Shown in pieces: positions 1-11,170 of a stretch of 64,000 nt of DNA (positions are counted from its first letter, which is position 1; every line of letters begins with the position of its first letter). Under the pieces are notes generated by a model. That model did no database searches and was not told the origin of the DNA. It saw only the letters and a list, made by a program, of their open reading frames with translations. A program made the position numbers and the translations under genes. The DNA comes from a virus (lineage: Duplodnaviria; Caudoviricetes): the IMG/VR virus record IMGVR_UViG_3300031555_010338; one strand, 5' to 3'.

Positions 1-555
1 ATAAGTCTCGGCAGTTGCCTCACTGTCGTAATCATAGTAAACAACCACACGCTGATCTGCAGCAGCAGCGATAGTAAGCTCAGTGCCAGACAGAGTAGCG
101 CCGGTCATATCGAACAGAGCCTCTTCCTCGCAGTCAGAGTCGTAAGGATACACAAGCACCTTATCGGCAGTGGTGTTAGGAGCGAAAGCCAGGTTGATCT
201 TGCCGTCTGCATCAGCCTTCAGCGGATACAGCTTACCCTTGTTCTCGCCGTTCTCGTACTCAGTTACCTGTCTCATGCGGATGGTCTGTACGCCGACCTT
301 ACGAGCAATACCGGAAACAAGCTCCAGAGACTTAGGAGAAATCAGAGCGTCCTCGATAGTCAAAGTAGCTTCCTTATTGATTTCCCAAGTGATGAGCTTA
401 GGATTGCCCTTACCGCCTCGTGCGTAAACCTTCTCAGAAGTTACGCTAATGCTGGAAGTCTTCAAGCTGTCAAACTGAATAACGGGCTTGTCTGTCTCCA
501 TATCGTAGAGAACAACGTCCATGACTTCCTTTGCGCCAAATTTTGCGTTAGCCAT
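1..555 (-). CDS. Major tail tube protein (partial, runs off window start)
   Basis: Manually translated from ATG at 555 (RBS AGGAGG): MANAKFGAKEVMDVVLYDMETDKPVIQFDSLKTSSISVTSEKVYARGGKGNPKLITWE...; ARGG.GN.KL..W motif and position after head-tail genes. Confidence 0.7.
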   Translation of the reverse strand, partial: MANAKFGAKEVMDVVLYDMETDKPVIQFDSLKTSSISVTSEKVYARGGKGNPKLITWEINKEATLTIEDALISPKSLELVSGIARKVGVQTIRMRQVTEYENGENKGKLYPLKADADGKINLAFAPNTTADKVLVYPYDSDCEEEALFDMTGATLSGTELTIAAAADQRVVVYYDYDSEATAETY

Positions 556-610
556 TTATGTACCTCCTTATAAAAATAACAGCCTGGGACAAATCCAGAC
601 TGCCGTTCAT

Positions 611-1339
611 TTATTCTGCATCACGCTTTATCTTCGTGATCCAATGTGTCAAATTGACATCCTCTTTCTTAGCGCCGTGCAACAGCGCCTGTACGCTGAC
701 CTCATAATCATCCATGATTTTCAAGCGGTTAAATTGGTCGTTGAACTGATAAAGATCGTACTCCATTACTGCGTCCATAGACATACCAAGTCCACTCGCA
801 AGGATGCTTACCAGATCGGCCAGCGTGATTGCCGATTCCTCATCAGGCTCTTTAGCCTTTCTGCGCTTCATACGCTCTTCTTTTCTGCGTTGCAGCACTC
901 TTCGCGCCGCTTCATTGTCTGGATTTTCCTCTTCCTCGTTAATATCTTGCAATCCGTTCCGAAGCCGAATTACGGCCTGTACATCTTCAAAGTTGTCCTT
1001 TGTGATTTCAAAAGCACCACCAGAAAAGCACATTCTTTTCTGAGAAAAAGAAATACGGCTGCGCGTTACCTGCGACAGCCAAAACACCAGAGCATTCATG
1101 AACTCAGAATCGCTTAAAGCGCTTCCGACTAAATACGCATATATACCGACCTTGGAAATATCCTTGCCGGTCAACGCCTGAATGTCGCTTTCTGTCAAAC
1201 ATAAAAGCCGCATCTCAGCGTTAAAGCGTTTATATCCTATCTTCGCAATAGTCTTCAATGTAATCGGGAATACTGGAACGCCATCCACATAAACTGGATC
1301 TTTCGAGCAAAGCTGCAAACCAAGATCTTTTGTGTCCAT
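611..1339 (-). CDS. Virion morphogenesis protein (tail region, hypothetical)
   Basis: 242 aa ORF within the structural operon. Confidence 0.55.
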   Translation of the reverse strand: MDTKDLGLQLCSKDPVYVDGVPVFPITLKTIAKIGYKRFNAEMRLLCLTESDIQALTGKDISKVGIYAYLVGSALSDSEFMNALVFWLSQVTRSRISFSQKRMCFSGGAFEITKDNFEDVQAVIRLRNGLQDINEEEENPDNEAARRVLQRRKEERMKRRKAKEPDEESAITLADLVSILASGLGMSMDAVMEYDLYQFNDQFNRLKIMDDYEVSVQALLHGAKKEDVNLTHWITKIKRDAE

Positions 1340-1343
1340 TCCT

Positions 1344-1808
1344 TTACTCCCTATTGAAATCTACCGTTCGATAAACAAGAGATCTTCCGTGAAAATCCTC
1401 TGCCGGTGTGAATCTATCCCAAGTCATTAGCTCAACTCTGCCAAGGCCAAAACCTCGGCTTCCGTTGATAAGCTTGTCTAACTCGATTGTCAGAAGATCC
1501 GTTACCAACCCCTTTGGCGTTTTCATTCGTCTCTCGTGTGATATGATCCAAAAATCAATTCTGAAATCAGTAAAGTTGCGGTCTATAACCCTCGGAGCAA
1601 CAACATCGAAACAAATGTAAGTACCAACTTCCGTTGTTTTGTCGATGATATGTCCATACGGAAAAATATACTTGTAAGGCATCTCCGACGTTTTCATTGT
1701 TGGCTGTTCTTCTGGGCGCAACAGATCAATAATTGCATCACACTTACAGATACTCTCCATGATGGTATCTCTGTAATTAGGGATCTCTTCAAAATACATC
1801 AATACCAC
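1344..1808 (-). CDS. Putative tail completion/terminator protein
   Basis: ~150 aa, synteny between head-tail and tail tube genes. Confidence 0.5.
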   Translation of the reverse strand: MVLMYFEEIPNYRDTIMESICKCDAIIDLLRPEEQPTMKTSEMPYKYIFPYGHIIDKTTEVGTYICFDVVAPRVIDRNFTDFRIDFWIISHERRMKTPKGLVTDLLTIELDKLINGSRGFGLGRVELMTWDRFTPAEDFHGRSLVYRTVDFNRE

Positions 1809-2836
1809 CCCTTTACTCTCAGAATTACTTGCTCGGAAATACCGTGTTCTGCATTCTCAACAGCAACGGTAATTTCCTGTCCAATATAGTCTCGGTTATC
1901 AAGCGCCCGAACTATAAAATAGTCCTCCCCGATCTCCTTGAGTGTGCCGTACTCTAATCCATCTGTAATTGAAATATTCAGAGGAATAGCATCAGCAACA
2001 ACACCATTATTCATGAATGCGATTGCAACACGACATTCTTCACCAAACACGACTTCGCCGTTTTGATCGTCTGTGGTTATAGTCACACTATAACCAACTG
2101 CCGGCTCATCTGGCTTTGAATGCTCAGATACGCCATAGTAGTCGGCAACCATAAGTTCTCGGCTGTCTGTTTCTTCGTCAAACTGGCTCTCTACAACCGT
2201 CCATTGGATTACGCCATCATGTTCACCGCAGGCATACGAACCTGGGTCAACTTGCGCCAAGCGATAAGCAGTTGGTTTCTCATGGTTTTTATCAATCAAA
2301 AACCGAAACCCGCTATCAAGTCGAATGGTTTCTTCGTTGTAGGGGATATATACCAAGTGCTGAGCAGAACCAATCGTCATGTACTCCTTAGCAGTTTCAC
2401 CAGATCCGTACTGAGTGCTATTGATGTCATACACTGGATACTCCACAACTTTTCCAGTCAACGGGGAGATGAATCGAATGGAGTATTTGCACTGCCAAGC
2501 AACGGCTTTTTCGTACATCTTGTTATTATCAGGCTTAGAATAAATCATCCAAATCTGATCTCTTGCCTTGATGTACTGTCCACTACGAAGCGTACCGATA
2601 CGGCAAAGAAATTGGCGAAGCACACTATTGTTATAGGTGTCGCTTGTCGTACCTTGAATAACCGCTCTTGTAATAACAGGCTCTACACTCATTCGCTTTT
2701 CGTATATCTCGACATCCTCAGCAAGAAAAGATTCAAGCACTTCCTCAAAACCGTCCTGTGCGAATGCAGCAAACTCGTCGCCTTCAAACCCACTGTTGTA
2801 TAAAGGGCGTGTCATCAAATACCATTCAACAGGCAT
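1799..2836 (-). CDS. Putative head-tail adaptor/closure protein
   Basis: 345 aa, structural operon synteny. Confidence 0.5.
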   Translation of the reverse strand: MPVEWYLMTRPLYNSGFEGDEFAAFAQDGFEEVLESFLAEDVEIYEKRMSVEPVITRAVIQGTTSDTYNNSVLRQFLCRIGTLRSGQYIKARDQIWMIYSKPDNNKMYEKAVAWQCKYSIRFISPLTGKVVEYPVYDINSTQYGSGETAKEYMTIGSAQHLVYIPYNEETIRLDSGFRFLIDKNHEKPTAYRLAQVDPGSYACGEHDGVIQWTVVESQFDEETDSRELMVADYYGVSEHSKPDEPAVGYSVTITTDDQNGEVVFGEECRVAIAFMNNGVVADAIPLNISITDGLEYGTLKEIGEDYFIVRALDNRDYIGQEITVAVENAEHGISEQVILRVKGWY

Positions 2837-2847
2837 GGCACACCTCC

Positions 2848-3246
2848 TTATTCAAAACAATGCGTCTTCATCTTGTGAAGCATCTGATTTACACGACTAA
2901 TTTCATGCTCCAGCTCTTGCTTTGTTACTCGCTTGGTCGCATCCCCACCCGTAATCTGAATATCCTTACCATAGATACCATTCAAGGCCATAACCCTGCT
3001 CAGTTCTCTTTGTAGATAAGACACATACATCATGAGTGCGAGAATACGCACGGTGGGGCGATCAAGCTTTTCCGCAAATGCTTTGCTCTGCGTGTCATAT
3101 TTCAGATCGCAGCTCAATTCAAGCTCATAATCAGCAACAGCAGTTTTCAGCCATTCTTGCTCCAACTCCTGTGCGATTACATACTTGGTAAGAGGCATGG
3201 AGTGAAAGCTTGTCTCGATCTCCGTGAAAGTAGTAGGCTGATCCAT
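2848..3246 (-). CDS. Putative head-tail connector
   Basis: 132 aa helical protein downstream of capsid. Confidence 0.5.
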   Translation of the reverse strand: MDQPTTFTEIETSFHSMPLTKYVIAQELEQEWLKTAVADYELELSCDLKYDTQSKAFAEKLDRPTVRILALMMYVSYLQRELSRVMALNGIYGKDIQITGGDATKRVTKQELEHEISRVNQMLHKMKTHCFE

Positions 3247-3262
3247 ACCTCATCCTCCTTAC

Positions 3263-3739
3263 TTACAGTACAGTTGTTTCAGCCAGCTTATTGATAGCTT
3301 CCATCTTCCAGGCCGCTACATCATCTCCGCCAGCTTCCTTAGCAAGCTGCACGACCATCTTCTTCTCAGCGTCGGTCTTCACCAGCTCTTCAAGCTGACG
3401 ATTGAAGTCTTCCTTCTTCTTGACAGCCAGCAGCTTTGTAACGCTTTCGGCATTCAAAACAAGAGCATCGTCGCCGGTTTCCTCACCGTATCCCAGCAAC
3501 TCTTTACGCTGCTTATCGTCTACGATGAACAGTCTTGCATGATCGCCAGGACGCATCTCGTCATTGCCGATGAACAATTTATTTCCAGATTGGATCTGCA
3601 TCTGCACCTCAGCAACATCCAGCATGGCAAAGTTCTTTACTCTTGCGGGAACACGGATATCACCAACACCGTTCAAACGACGGAAGTACAGCGCCCAATC
3701 GCACAAATTATTGATTAAAACCTTATCGGTCAGTTCCAT
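3263..3739 (-). CDS. Hypothetical virion-associated protein
   Basis: 158 aa, RBS, follows capsid gene. Confidence 0.5.
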   Translation of the reverse strand: MELTDKVLINNLCDWALYFRRLNGVGDIRVPARVKNFAMLDVAEVQMQIQSGNKLFIGNDEMRPGDHARLFIVDDKQRKELLGYGEETGDDALVLNAESVTKLLAVKKKEDFNRQLEELVKTDAEKKMVVQLAKEAGGDDVAAWKMEAINKLAETTVL

Positions 3740-3814
3740 TTGCTTATCGCTCCTTATGATAAATTAGGAGGGAGAATATTATCTCCCTCCTTTTAAGATT
3801 GTTTAACTAATTTC

Positions 3815-4927
3815 TTACAGAGAAGGAACCTCGAAATTAGTGTCAGACAGAAGACCAATCTGATCCTCCATACCCTCGGCCACGCCTGCGCCGATCTCCA
3901 TATCGAAACGGGTCATGTGCTGACGAGTTACGATATCATCACCAGTCATAGTGGTCAGGCCGCCACGACGGAAGATCTGGAGAGGTGCAACATTGCCCTG
4001 AGGAATGAAGAAGAGCAGACCCTGAGGCATATACAGCTCATAGGAAGTCTTGTCCGCATTCATGCGGGTAAAGTCCAGAGCGTTAGGCAGCTCTACGATG
4101 TGAGAGCCGTTGTAGTAGCTCAGCAGGCCAGTCTTGCGGATCTCTTCTGCAACAACATCAGCACCGAAAGGAATGGTGTTTGCGCCGAAGGTCTTGTGAC
4201 CAGCGAACTCGTTGAGCTGAGAAACCACGGAATAATCACCGCAGATGTTCACACGGCCATAACGACGCATTGCCTTCAGCATGTCGTCAACGGCAGTCTG
4301 AGTAATACCCTGAGACTCAGCAAAATGCTTCACGCCCTTGGCGTTCTTCAGAGCGTCATACAGCTTGGCGATTACATAGTAAACAGCCTTGTTCTGCATG
4401 TCAGTCTGAACCTGAGCAATACCCTCGGCAATAGTGCCGTCAAAGTTACCGCTCTGCAGCTCACGGTAGTCGCAAGCATAACCGGCAGAGATGGTCTGTG
4501 TGCCGATTGGATACTCACGGAAGCTGTGAGTTGCAAAAGGTACGTCACCGCTTGAAGCCTGGAAACGAGAATCAATGCTCTCGTACTTGTAGGTCTTCAT
4601 CATAGGAACGGTGTCATATGGCAGGGACTTATATGTACCCATGAAATTGAAGATCTTGATAGCCTCGATCAGCTTAGGCTCGATAGTGAAACGCTGAATG
4701 GCGTTCAGCTCGGAAATTGCCTGATGATCGCCGTCGATTGCACGGCCAGCCAGATCCTTGATATGCTCAACGGACTTGTCAACAACCTTGCCGTCAATAC
4801 CGTTCAGACTCTTACCCTGAACCAGAGCAGAGAACACTTCGACAACGGGGGATGTTGCCTTTACCTTAGATGCGCCAACAGTATCTTTAACATTGTTGAC
4901 GGTATTCATTTCAAAAATGTTATCCAT
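3815..4927 (-). CDS. Major capsid protein
   Basis: 370 aa, strong codon bias, position after scaffold/decoration genes, followed by hairpin at 3767-3790. Confidence 0.75.
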   Translation of the reverse strand: MDNIFEMNTVNNVKDTVGASKVKATSPVVEVFSALVQGKSLNGIDGKVVDKSVEHIKDLAGRAIDGDHQAISELNAIQRFTIEPKLIEAIKIFNFMGTYKSLPYDTVPMMKTYKYESIDSRFQASSGDVPFATHSFREYPIGTQTISAGYACDYRELQSGNFDGTIAEGIAQVQTDMQNKAVYYVIAKLYDALKNAKGVKHFAESQGITQTAVDDMLKAMRRYGRVNICGDYSVVSQLNEFAGHKTFGANTIPFGADVVAEEIRKTGLLSYYNGSHIVELPNALDFTRMNADKTSYELYMPQGLLFFIPQGNVAPLQIFRRGGLTTMTGDDIVTRQHMTRFDMEIGAGVAEGMEDQIGLLSDTNFEVPSL

Positions 4928-4958
4928 TATCGTCTATCCTCCTTATACAACAAAACCC

Positions 4959-5420
4959 TTACAGAGATACGATCTCAGCAAGGATTCCATCATCCATATA
5001 TGCGGTCTTAGCAATTACCTTGAAGGAAACTGCATAACCAGTTGCGTCGTCAGCCTTCTTTACAAGGCCAGTAGTGTCAAACACCAGAGTATCGCCAACA
5101 GCGATATCAGCAGTGCCGCCAACGATCTCAAATGCGGCGAACTCGATCTCAAGACCGTTCACGGTTCTCAGATCATCTGCGCGTACATACTCGCCAGCAT
5201 TCACAACATAAGTCTCAGGGCTGTTATGCAGCTCAGGCTTGTCGTTGATGTTGGTTACGATATAAACTGCGGTCTTAGCCTCGTCCTCAGATGCAGGCAG
5301 AGCAGCGGTCTTGGCTACGCGGTCAAGAATAACGCCCATGCCAACATGAAGATCTACTGTTGCCTTGCAGTAAGGCACATTCTGTACATTCTTAAATGCA
5401 CCAATAGTCTTGTATTTCAT
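4959..5420 (-). CDS. Putative capsid decoration/cement protein
   Basis: 153 aa beta-rich protein between scaffold and capsid. Confidence 0.55.
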   Translation of the reverse strand: MKYKTIGAFKNVQNVPYCKATVDLHVGMGVILDRVAKTAALPASEDEAKTAVYIVTNINDKPELHNSPETYVVNAGEYVRADDLRTVNGLEIEFAAFEIVGGTADIAVGDTLVFDTTGLVKKADDATGYAVSFKVIAKTAYMDDGILAEIVSL

Positions 5421-5438
5421 TCTGTTGTCCTCCTTCGA

Positions 5439-6587
5439 TTAACCGAAAATGTCAACTTCGCCCTTGTCTTCGGGAGAGCTTACCCCGCCGAAAATATCAG
5501 GTGCGCTGTTCTGTTCATTGGTGTGTGCTTCTTTGTTCTTGCGTACCATTTCTACGCAAATCTTGCTGGTGATGCTATTCAACTCGACAGAGTTGGGGTC
5601 TGCCTTGAATGCGTCGATCTCTGCCTGTGCAAGAGCCTGTTCCTCAGCACTGAACTCAGACAGTGCAGAATTCAGCTCTGCCAGCTTCTTCTCCTTCTCC
5701 AGAGCGGCATTGGTATCCTTCAGACTATTCAGCTCAGTATTCTGTGCTTCGATGGTCTGATCCTTAGCCGCCACATCCGCCTGTGCTGCAGAAAGCTTCT
5801 CATTCAACTCAGCGATTTCTGCATCCTTAGCGGCCAACTGGCCGTTCAACTCAGAAATCTTACCCTCATACTCTTCGCTTTTATTGTTAAGCTCAGTAAT
5901 GGTCTGATTGACGGAAGTTTTCACAAGCTCGACGAACTGACCCATAATCTTTTCGTCCATAATTGTGTCCTCCTTGTTTTCTTCCAATTTATTATTTAAC
6001 TCCATGACGATTGCGGTATCATCTGCCGGTCTGATACCAAGAATGGCATATCCACTATAATCGTAGATTTGTGGTACTCTACCCTTCTCTTTCCAACCGC
6101 CATCGTAAATAATACGATTTTCGTATTCCGGACGACCAACAATTTCAACGCTGCCCTTAACGCCGTCCGTTTTCATCTTCTCTTGCAACCACGCAACAAA
6201 CTTCGGATATCGCATCTCATCGATATAGCCTTCAGCAACAAGAACCTTCTTTGTTTCGCCGTCGATTTCAACATCTGCGATGTAACCCTTTTCGCAATGA
6301 CCTACCACAGTTGCATCTTCCAAATACGGCATATTATCCCTAATCTCTGTCAGTCCGTGTCCATATGGCAGTCTGCGTTCTTCGCTCAAAAACTCAACGC
6401 ACAAGGACATGTTAGATACAGATTCAAGGTTCTGCGCTGTATAGGTTTCATCCCATGAGATACCGTTTGTTTGCCAGATATCACGGCTTGGATAGATCTC
6501 GTGCAAAATAAGCTTGATCTTTCTTCGGCCTGCAATCTGTCTGTCGTTCGAGAGTTCAAAAATGCGCCCCATAATTTCCTTGCTCAT
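5439..6587 (-). CDS. Prohead protease/scaffold protein
   Basis: Globular N-terminus plus long C-terminal coiled coil; between portal and capsid. Confidence 0.65.
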   Translation of the reverse strand: MSKEIMGRIFELSNDRQIAGRRKIKLILHEIYPSRDIWQTNGISWDETYTAQNLESVSNMSLCVEFLSEERRLPYGHGLTEIRDNMPYLEDATVVGHCEKGYIADVEIDGETKKVLVAEGYIDEMRYPKFVAWLQEKMKTDGVKGSVEIVGRPEYENRIIYDGGWKEKGRVPQIYDYSGYAILGIRPADDTAIVMELNNKLEENKEDTIMDEKIMGQFVELVKTSVNQTITELNNKSEEYEGKISELNGQLAAKDAEIAELNEKLSAAQADVAAKDQTIEAQNTELNSLKDTNAALEKEKKLAELNSALSEFSAEEQALAQAEIDAFKADPNSVELNSITSKICVEMVRKNKEAHTNEQNSAPDIFGGVSSPEDKGEVDIFG

Positions 6588-6599
6588 TCTCTCACCCCC

Positions 6600-8267
6600 T
6601 TATCCAGTTGATGGCTTGGGCTGCTGATTTGCTCCATTCGTCTTTTGCTGAACCGCCGCAGGATTGTCACTATCAGATGTTGGTCTTCCACCACCCTGAT
6701 TGTGATCCTCATGCTCTGGATCATCTTTGCCCGTAACAGTAAACGATGTTCTATGCACAGGATAGCGATTCTCAAAATCCTCCTGAAGCTCATATTCCAT
6801 AAGCGCAATGTAATTGTCTGGATTAAAGCCCGTAGATGCAATCCATGCGTACAGACTACCCTTACCACGAGCGTACAGATCGGACATGTATCCAACCATC
6901 TTGTCCTTGTTGACCATAGTTACAGGCAAAACATAGAACTCAACCCGACAACTGGAATCGTTGATAATGTTCTTGTTGATGCACTTATTCAGTTCTTCAA
7001 CAATATCTTCGATCCAGGTATAGATATTGGCTGCAACAAGCTCCAAGTTCAAGTTTGCAGTGGAGTAGTTGCCAGTGCTGCTGCCATCCAGCGCACTTGC
7101 GCTCACGCCAATATCCTTATTTACAGAATCCACAATGGAGTTCTCGTTTTTCTCATCAAGCAAAGAAACATCCAGCGAAATACTATTGAGCTTCGTTCCT
7201 GCTGCCAGTGAGAAGAAGGATGTGCCACCAGCATTTCTGCTCTTACTTGCAAGAGCGCTCTTAACCAAATCATGCTGTTGTCTCTGCTGTTTTTCAGTCA
7301 GTGCAGATGTTCCCTTTTCTTTGCCCTCAGGGAATGTCTCATACACAATCTGATTATTTACAGAGTCCAAAACATTTCTCTTGGTATCTACGAAATACTG
7401 AGCGTAGCTAATATCATCCAGCGCAGCGATTGCAAACGGGACACCATACGGATCTGAGATCTCGCTTTTTATCTTCGTCACAATCGTCTTATTGTTGTCC
7501 AATACAAGCCACGGCGCTGACATATCTCTGTTGTTGTATCTCAGCCACCCTTCTTGAATTTCCTTTGGGAAGCCTGCAAGCTTACGCTTACGCGCTTCGT
7601 CAGTAAGACCATCAAAATATCGCAAATCAAATGCGATTTGGTAGCTGTTGTTGCGTCGTCCCACAATTCTTACATAGTTGATAGGAAGTGGGATTACCAT
7701 AGCATTCATACCAATTGCATTGATCTCAGTGATATTGTGCATATCATAATCAGTCAAAGCCATCCTGTAATCTGGTGTAGAAGTGGCCGTCTCAAAATAA
7801 GCCGCGTACATACCGTCGTTTGCATCTTTGAAAATTGCATCACGGATTACCTGCTTATATCGAATTGTGTTCAGCGTTGCTTCCATCTTGGATTTATTCA
7901 TACGATAGTTACGGGGTCTGCTTCCGTCTGCCCTTTTCGACTTACACACAATAACACCGTCAAGGGTGTGCATTGTCTTCATATAGTCAATAGCACTTGC
8001 TACAACGCCATTTGTGTGATATGCCCACTGCGCCATACTTCTGATTTCGGCAATGTGCGCCAACGGATTTTTCGTAAACGCACGAATTTCTTGAATGGTG
8101 TATGGCATTTCTCCAGCACTTTGCAGCATTCGGATATATGCCGTTCCGATATCGGTATTGAATTCGTGAACCGGCTCTTCCGCAACAGCAATAGCCGAAT
8201 TCTCTTCAAATACATCGTCGCGTTTCCAAAACTGGAACCATTTTCGATTACTTGGCAATCTTCTCAC
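6600..8267 (-). CDS. Portal protein
   Basis: 555 aa, immediately downstream of large terminase. Confidence 0.7.
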   Translation of the reverse strand: MRRLPSNRKWFQFWKRDDVFEENSAIAVAEEPVHEFNTDIGTAYIRMLQSAGEMPYTIQEIRAFTKNPLAHIAEIRSMAQWAYHTNGVVASAIDYMKTMHTLDGVIVCKSKRADGSRPRNYRMNKSKMEATLNTIRYKQVIRDAIFKDANDGMYAAYFETATSTPDYRMALTDYDMHNITEINAIGMNAMVIPLPINYVRIVGRRNNSYQIAFDLRYFDGLTDEARKRKLAGFPKEIQEGWLRYNNRDMSAPWLVLDNNKTIVTKIKSEISDPYGVPFAIAALDDISYAQYFVDTKRNVLDSVNNQIVYETFPEGKEKGTSALTEKQQRQQHDLVKSALASKSRNAGGTSFFSLAAGTKLNSISLDVSLLDEKNENSIVDSVNKDIGVSASALDGSSTGNYSTANLNLELVAANIYTWIEDIVEELNKCINKNIINDSSCRVEFYVLPVTMVNKDKMVGYMSDLYARGKGSLYAWIASTGFNPDNYIALMEYELQEDFENRYPVHRTSFTVTGKDDPEHEDHNQGGGRPTSDSDNPAAVQQKTNGANQQPKPSTG

Positions 8268-8273
8268 CTCCTT

Positions 8274-10070
8274 TTAATTAAATAATGGTACATACTCATA
8301 CTCAGAGCTGTCAGAAAGCAAATCATGCTCCAACATCTGAGCAAAATAATTACCGTAAGAAACCGAAGTGTATCGGTCTTTACGGTCATTGTTGTTTATG
8401 ATCTTAATAAGTCCTGTCTGTTCACCGCGCTCATATTCCAAGTTAATCATCTCGTTAATCAGAGCTGCGGTTTCCAAATATGGACGCTCAAAGAAAAGCT
8501 GCGTATCCACATCCGCAGTTGCGTACTCAGGAATGAAGTTTGCAATCTCATCAACAGCCTCTGTATTGCTGATAAGCAGATCAATCATCCCAGAATTCAG
8601 TCCATTACGCATTGACTCAGCAATATTGCTGTTTGTCTCCAACTGAGCCTTGATAACATACACATTCTCTTCTGCGCCGGCAATTTGAATACGATTTGCA
8701 ACCTTATCGTCATTCATACATTTCCAGGGCTTATACTCTACATTACGCTCTTCATCAAACAAGACCTTCGCCAGCATGTCATAAACTGAAATACCAGCAT
8801 TTCGTCCGTCCAATACACAATAGTCTGCATTGAAGTCGGTATAGAGCTGCTTAATACGAATAGCCTGCTTGGTAGTCTCTCCGCCATGCACGGCTTCCAT
8901 ATAAACAATCTGTCTTCTATATCCACGCTTTACTTCGATATGCTCACCGGTAGTATCCATAACTTTGTACTCTTGGCTTTCTGGGAGCAAACGAATGCAC
9001 GAGAAAATGGAGTTATCTGTCGCATTACCGCCTTCCATAGCGATATCGCATGATAGGATACGGATTTCTCCAACTTGCTTTGGAATATCGTATTTGTTCC
9101 TTTGCTTCAAAAGCACCTCATCATTGCGACGAGGATAAAAAGCTCGTTTCAGTCTTCTATTGCGGTTCAACTGGTCATAGTTAAAGAACGATTTTGCATT
9201 TTCTGCAATCATCTGGTTCTCATACTCGATTGCCCAAGACATCGGATCGAGCTTCTTCCGCTCTTTAATCAAGAAGTTTCTCGTCTTAATGTTGTGCTTC
9301 AACGAAATACTGTAGTCCATTGCAATCACGCAAGAAGACTGATCGGTAAGCATATCCTTAACAAATCCACGAATCAGATTCCACATCCAATGGTTCTGAT
9401 ACCATGCAGAGCTGATATATACTTCCTTTGGCTCTTCTCTCATGTGTGCATACTCTTCGTATTTCAAGAAATCGGCCTGTCTGATATAAAGGAACGGAGA
9501 AAGAACACTATCAATAATGTTCTTAACGATCATACGGAACTCTTCGTAAATCATTACAGTAGCACGATAACCACGAGCATTTTCATTTGCAGCAACAACC
9601 ACAATAGAACTGCCGTTCTTAAATACAACCTCGATTTCATTCTGGTTATCCTTAAAACTATCGATCTCCGCTTCAAGCAATGGCGACTTTGGTATGAGTT
9701 CTTTTCTGATTTTCTCAGAAACAATAAGACGCGCCTGCTTTTTCGTTGCAGACGCGACAACAATCTTTGCACCAGGCCGCAGAATTGCTTCCTTACATGC
9801 AAACACAGCAATCAGGAATGACTTTGCTGCAGATCGAGCAGCAACAATACAAAAGCTTGGAAAAAACTCCATCAAATACAAAATCAAGTGCTGGTACAGA
9901 TGGAGTGTAATACCGAAATAGTGTTCCACAAACCTTGACGGGTTGCGTCTATAAAAAGTGATCCACAACATCAGCCGTTCAACATTTTCCCGTCTGCCCA
10001 AATAATGAGTGGAAGGATAATGCTCATGAATTTTCGCCTGACGCTCATCCATCAATTCTGCATAATTCAT
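8274..10070 (-). CDS. Terminase large subunit
   Basis: Walker A-like AARSAAKS, ARGYRA, Walker B IYEEF, nuclease SCDIA and KDRYTS motifs. Confidence 0.88.
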   Translation of the reverse strand: MNYAELMDERQAKIHEHYPSTHYLGRRENVERLMLWITFYRRNPSRFVEHYFGITLHLYQHLILYLMEFFPSFCIVAARSAAKSFLIAVFACKEAILRPGAKIVVASATKKQARLIVSEKIRKELIPKSPLLEAEIDSFKDNQNEIEVVFKNGSSIVVVAANENARGYRATVMIYEEFRMIVKNIIDSVLSPFLYIRQADFLKYEEYAHMREEPKEVYISSAWYQNHWMWNLIRGFVKDMLTDQSSCVIAMDYSISLKHNIKTRNFLIKERKKLDPMSWAIEYENQMIAENAKSFFNYDQLNRNRRLKRAFYPRRNDEVLLKQRNKYDIPKQVGEIRILSCDIAMEGGNATDNSIFSCIRLLPESQEYKVMDTTGEHIEVKRGYRRQIVYMEAVHGGETTKQAIRIKQLYTDFNADYCVLDGRNAGISVYDMLAKVLFDEERNVEYKPWKCMNDDKVANRIQIAGAEENVYVIKAQLETNSNIAESMRNGLNSGMIDLLISNTEAVDEIANFIPEYATADVDTQLFFERPYLETAALINEMINLEYERGEQTGLIKIINNNDRKDRYTSVSYGNYFAQMLEHDLLSDSSEYEYVPLFN

Positions 10071-10072
10071 GT

Positions 10073-11038
10073 TCAGTCCTCCTTAGAAAGACTGAACTCC
10101 TTATCCAGCTCCTTAGAACCGGTCAGAAGATTCTTCAAAGGTCTAAAAATAAATCTGCTTGCATATGAGCCAAGACCATCTGAGTCGTGATACAAACTTT
10201 TATCCTTGTAATACTCTGCCGGCGTATGTTTCTCAATATCAGATATCCATACACCAAGCGGATCTAACTTGACCGCATCTTCCTTTTTCTGCTTTCGATC
10301 TTCAAGCTCAGTCGTAGCAGCATTGATATACTCCTTATAAGTTTTAGCAAGAGCGCCAATACCAGTATCTCCATTCTGTACATACTTTTGGAGCTGGAGC
10401 TTCAAATAACAAATGCTTTTATAAAGCTCTTCTTGTCGCTTATCTTCTGGAATGCCATACTTTGCCGCCCAATCGTCATACTCATACTGAAGTGTTTCAT
10501 AATCCTGGTCGCTAAATCCAAGGCCAAATAGCTTAACCGTCTCAATCGGAGTGCCGATTGATGGGTTGTCTTGAACCTCTTGAATAGATGAAGCATTCTC
10601 CACCTTATTTGCCTCACGATAAAGAATTGTGTCCGCATAAGATGCGCCTTTTGTCTGAGACAAATTAAGCTTAGAGAAATAAACGCTTACCTTACTACGA
10701 TTGCTCTGCGGATGCTTCTTAGCATTCGCCCAGGCCGTCTCGTCAAAACAGGTGTTAATGGTAGCACACAAAAGCTCCATAGCCTTGTCTTGATCGCCAC
10801 CAAAAACCTCATCTCTGTAATATTCAAATGATTTATCCAAACAGCGTTTGCAAACATGAAGATAACCGCCGTTTTTCTCATAATACGGGGACGGAGATAC
10901 ATTGAAGTTGTCCTTCTGTCTCGTATATCCTTTGCCACATGCAGTACAGTGGTATGGATATTTGTCAACGCTGTCAAAAGTCAGCTTTTCAGATTTCGTC
11001 CCTTTTGCGCTACTGGTCTTTTTAACATCGCCTGCCAC
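10073..11038 (-). CDS. Putative terminase small subunit / Zn-finger protein
   Basis: GTG start with AAAGGAGG RBS; CxxC...CxxC; upstream of terL. Confidence 0.5.
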   Translation of the reverse strand: MAGDVKKTSSAKGTKSEKLTFDSVDKYPYHCTACGKGYTRQKDNFNVSPSPYYEKNGGYLHVCKRCLDKSFEYYRDEVFGGDQDKAMELLCATINTCFDETAWANAKKHPQSNRSKVSVYFSKLNLSQTKGASYADTILYREANKVENASSIQEVQDNPSIGTPIETVKLFGLGFSDQDYETLQYEYDDWAAKYGIPEDKRQEELYKSICYLKLQLQKYVQNGDTGIGALAKTYKEYINAATTELEDRKQKKEDAVKLDPLGVWISDIEKHTPAEYYKDKSLYHDSDGLGSYASRFIFRPLKNLLTGSKELDKEFSLSKED

Positions 11039-11094
11039 GCTCCGTCCTCCTTTCGTTTCAAAATAAAAAAAACACACGATTTCTCGTGTGTTGC

Positions 11095-11170
11095 TGGTGC
11101 GCCTGAAGGGAGTTGAACCCCCGACCATCGGCTTAAAAGGCCGCTACTCTACCAACTGAGTTACAGGCGC
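11095..11170 (-). tRNA. tRNA-Lys(TTT)
   Basis: Cloverleaf, loop CT-TTT-AA, CCA end. Confidence 0.93.
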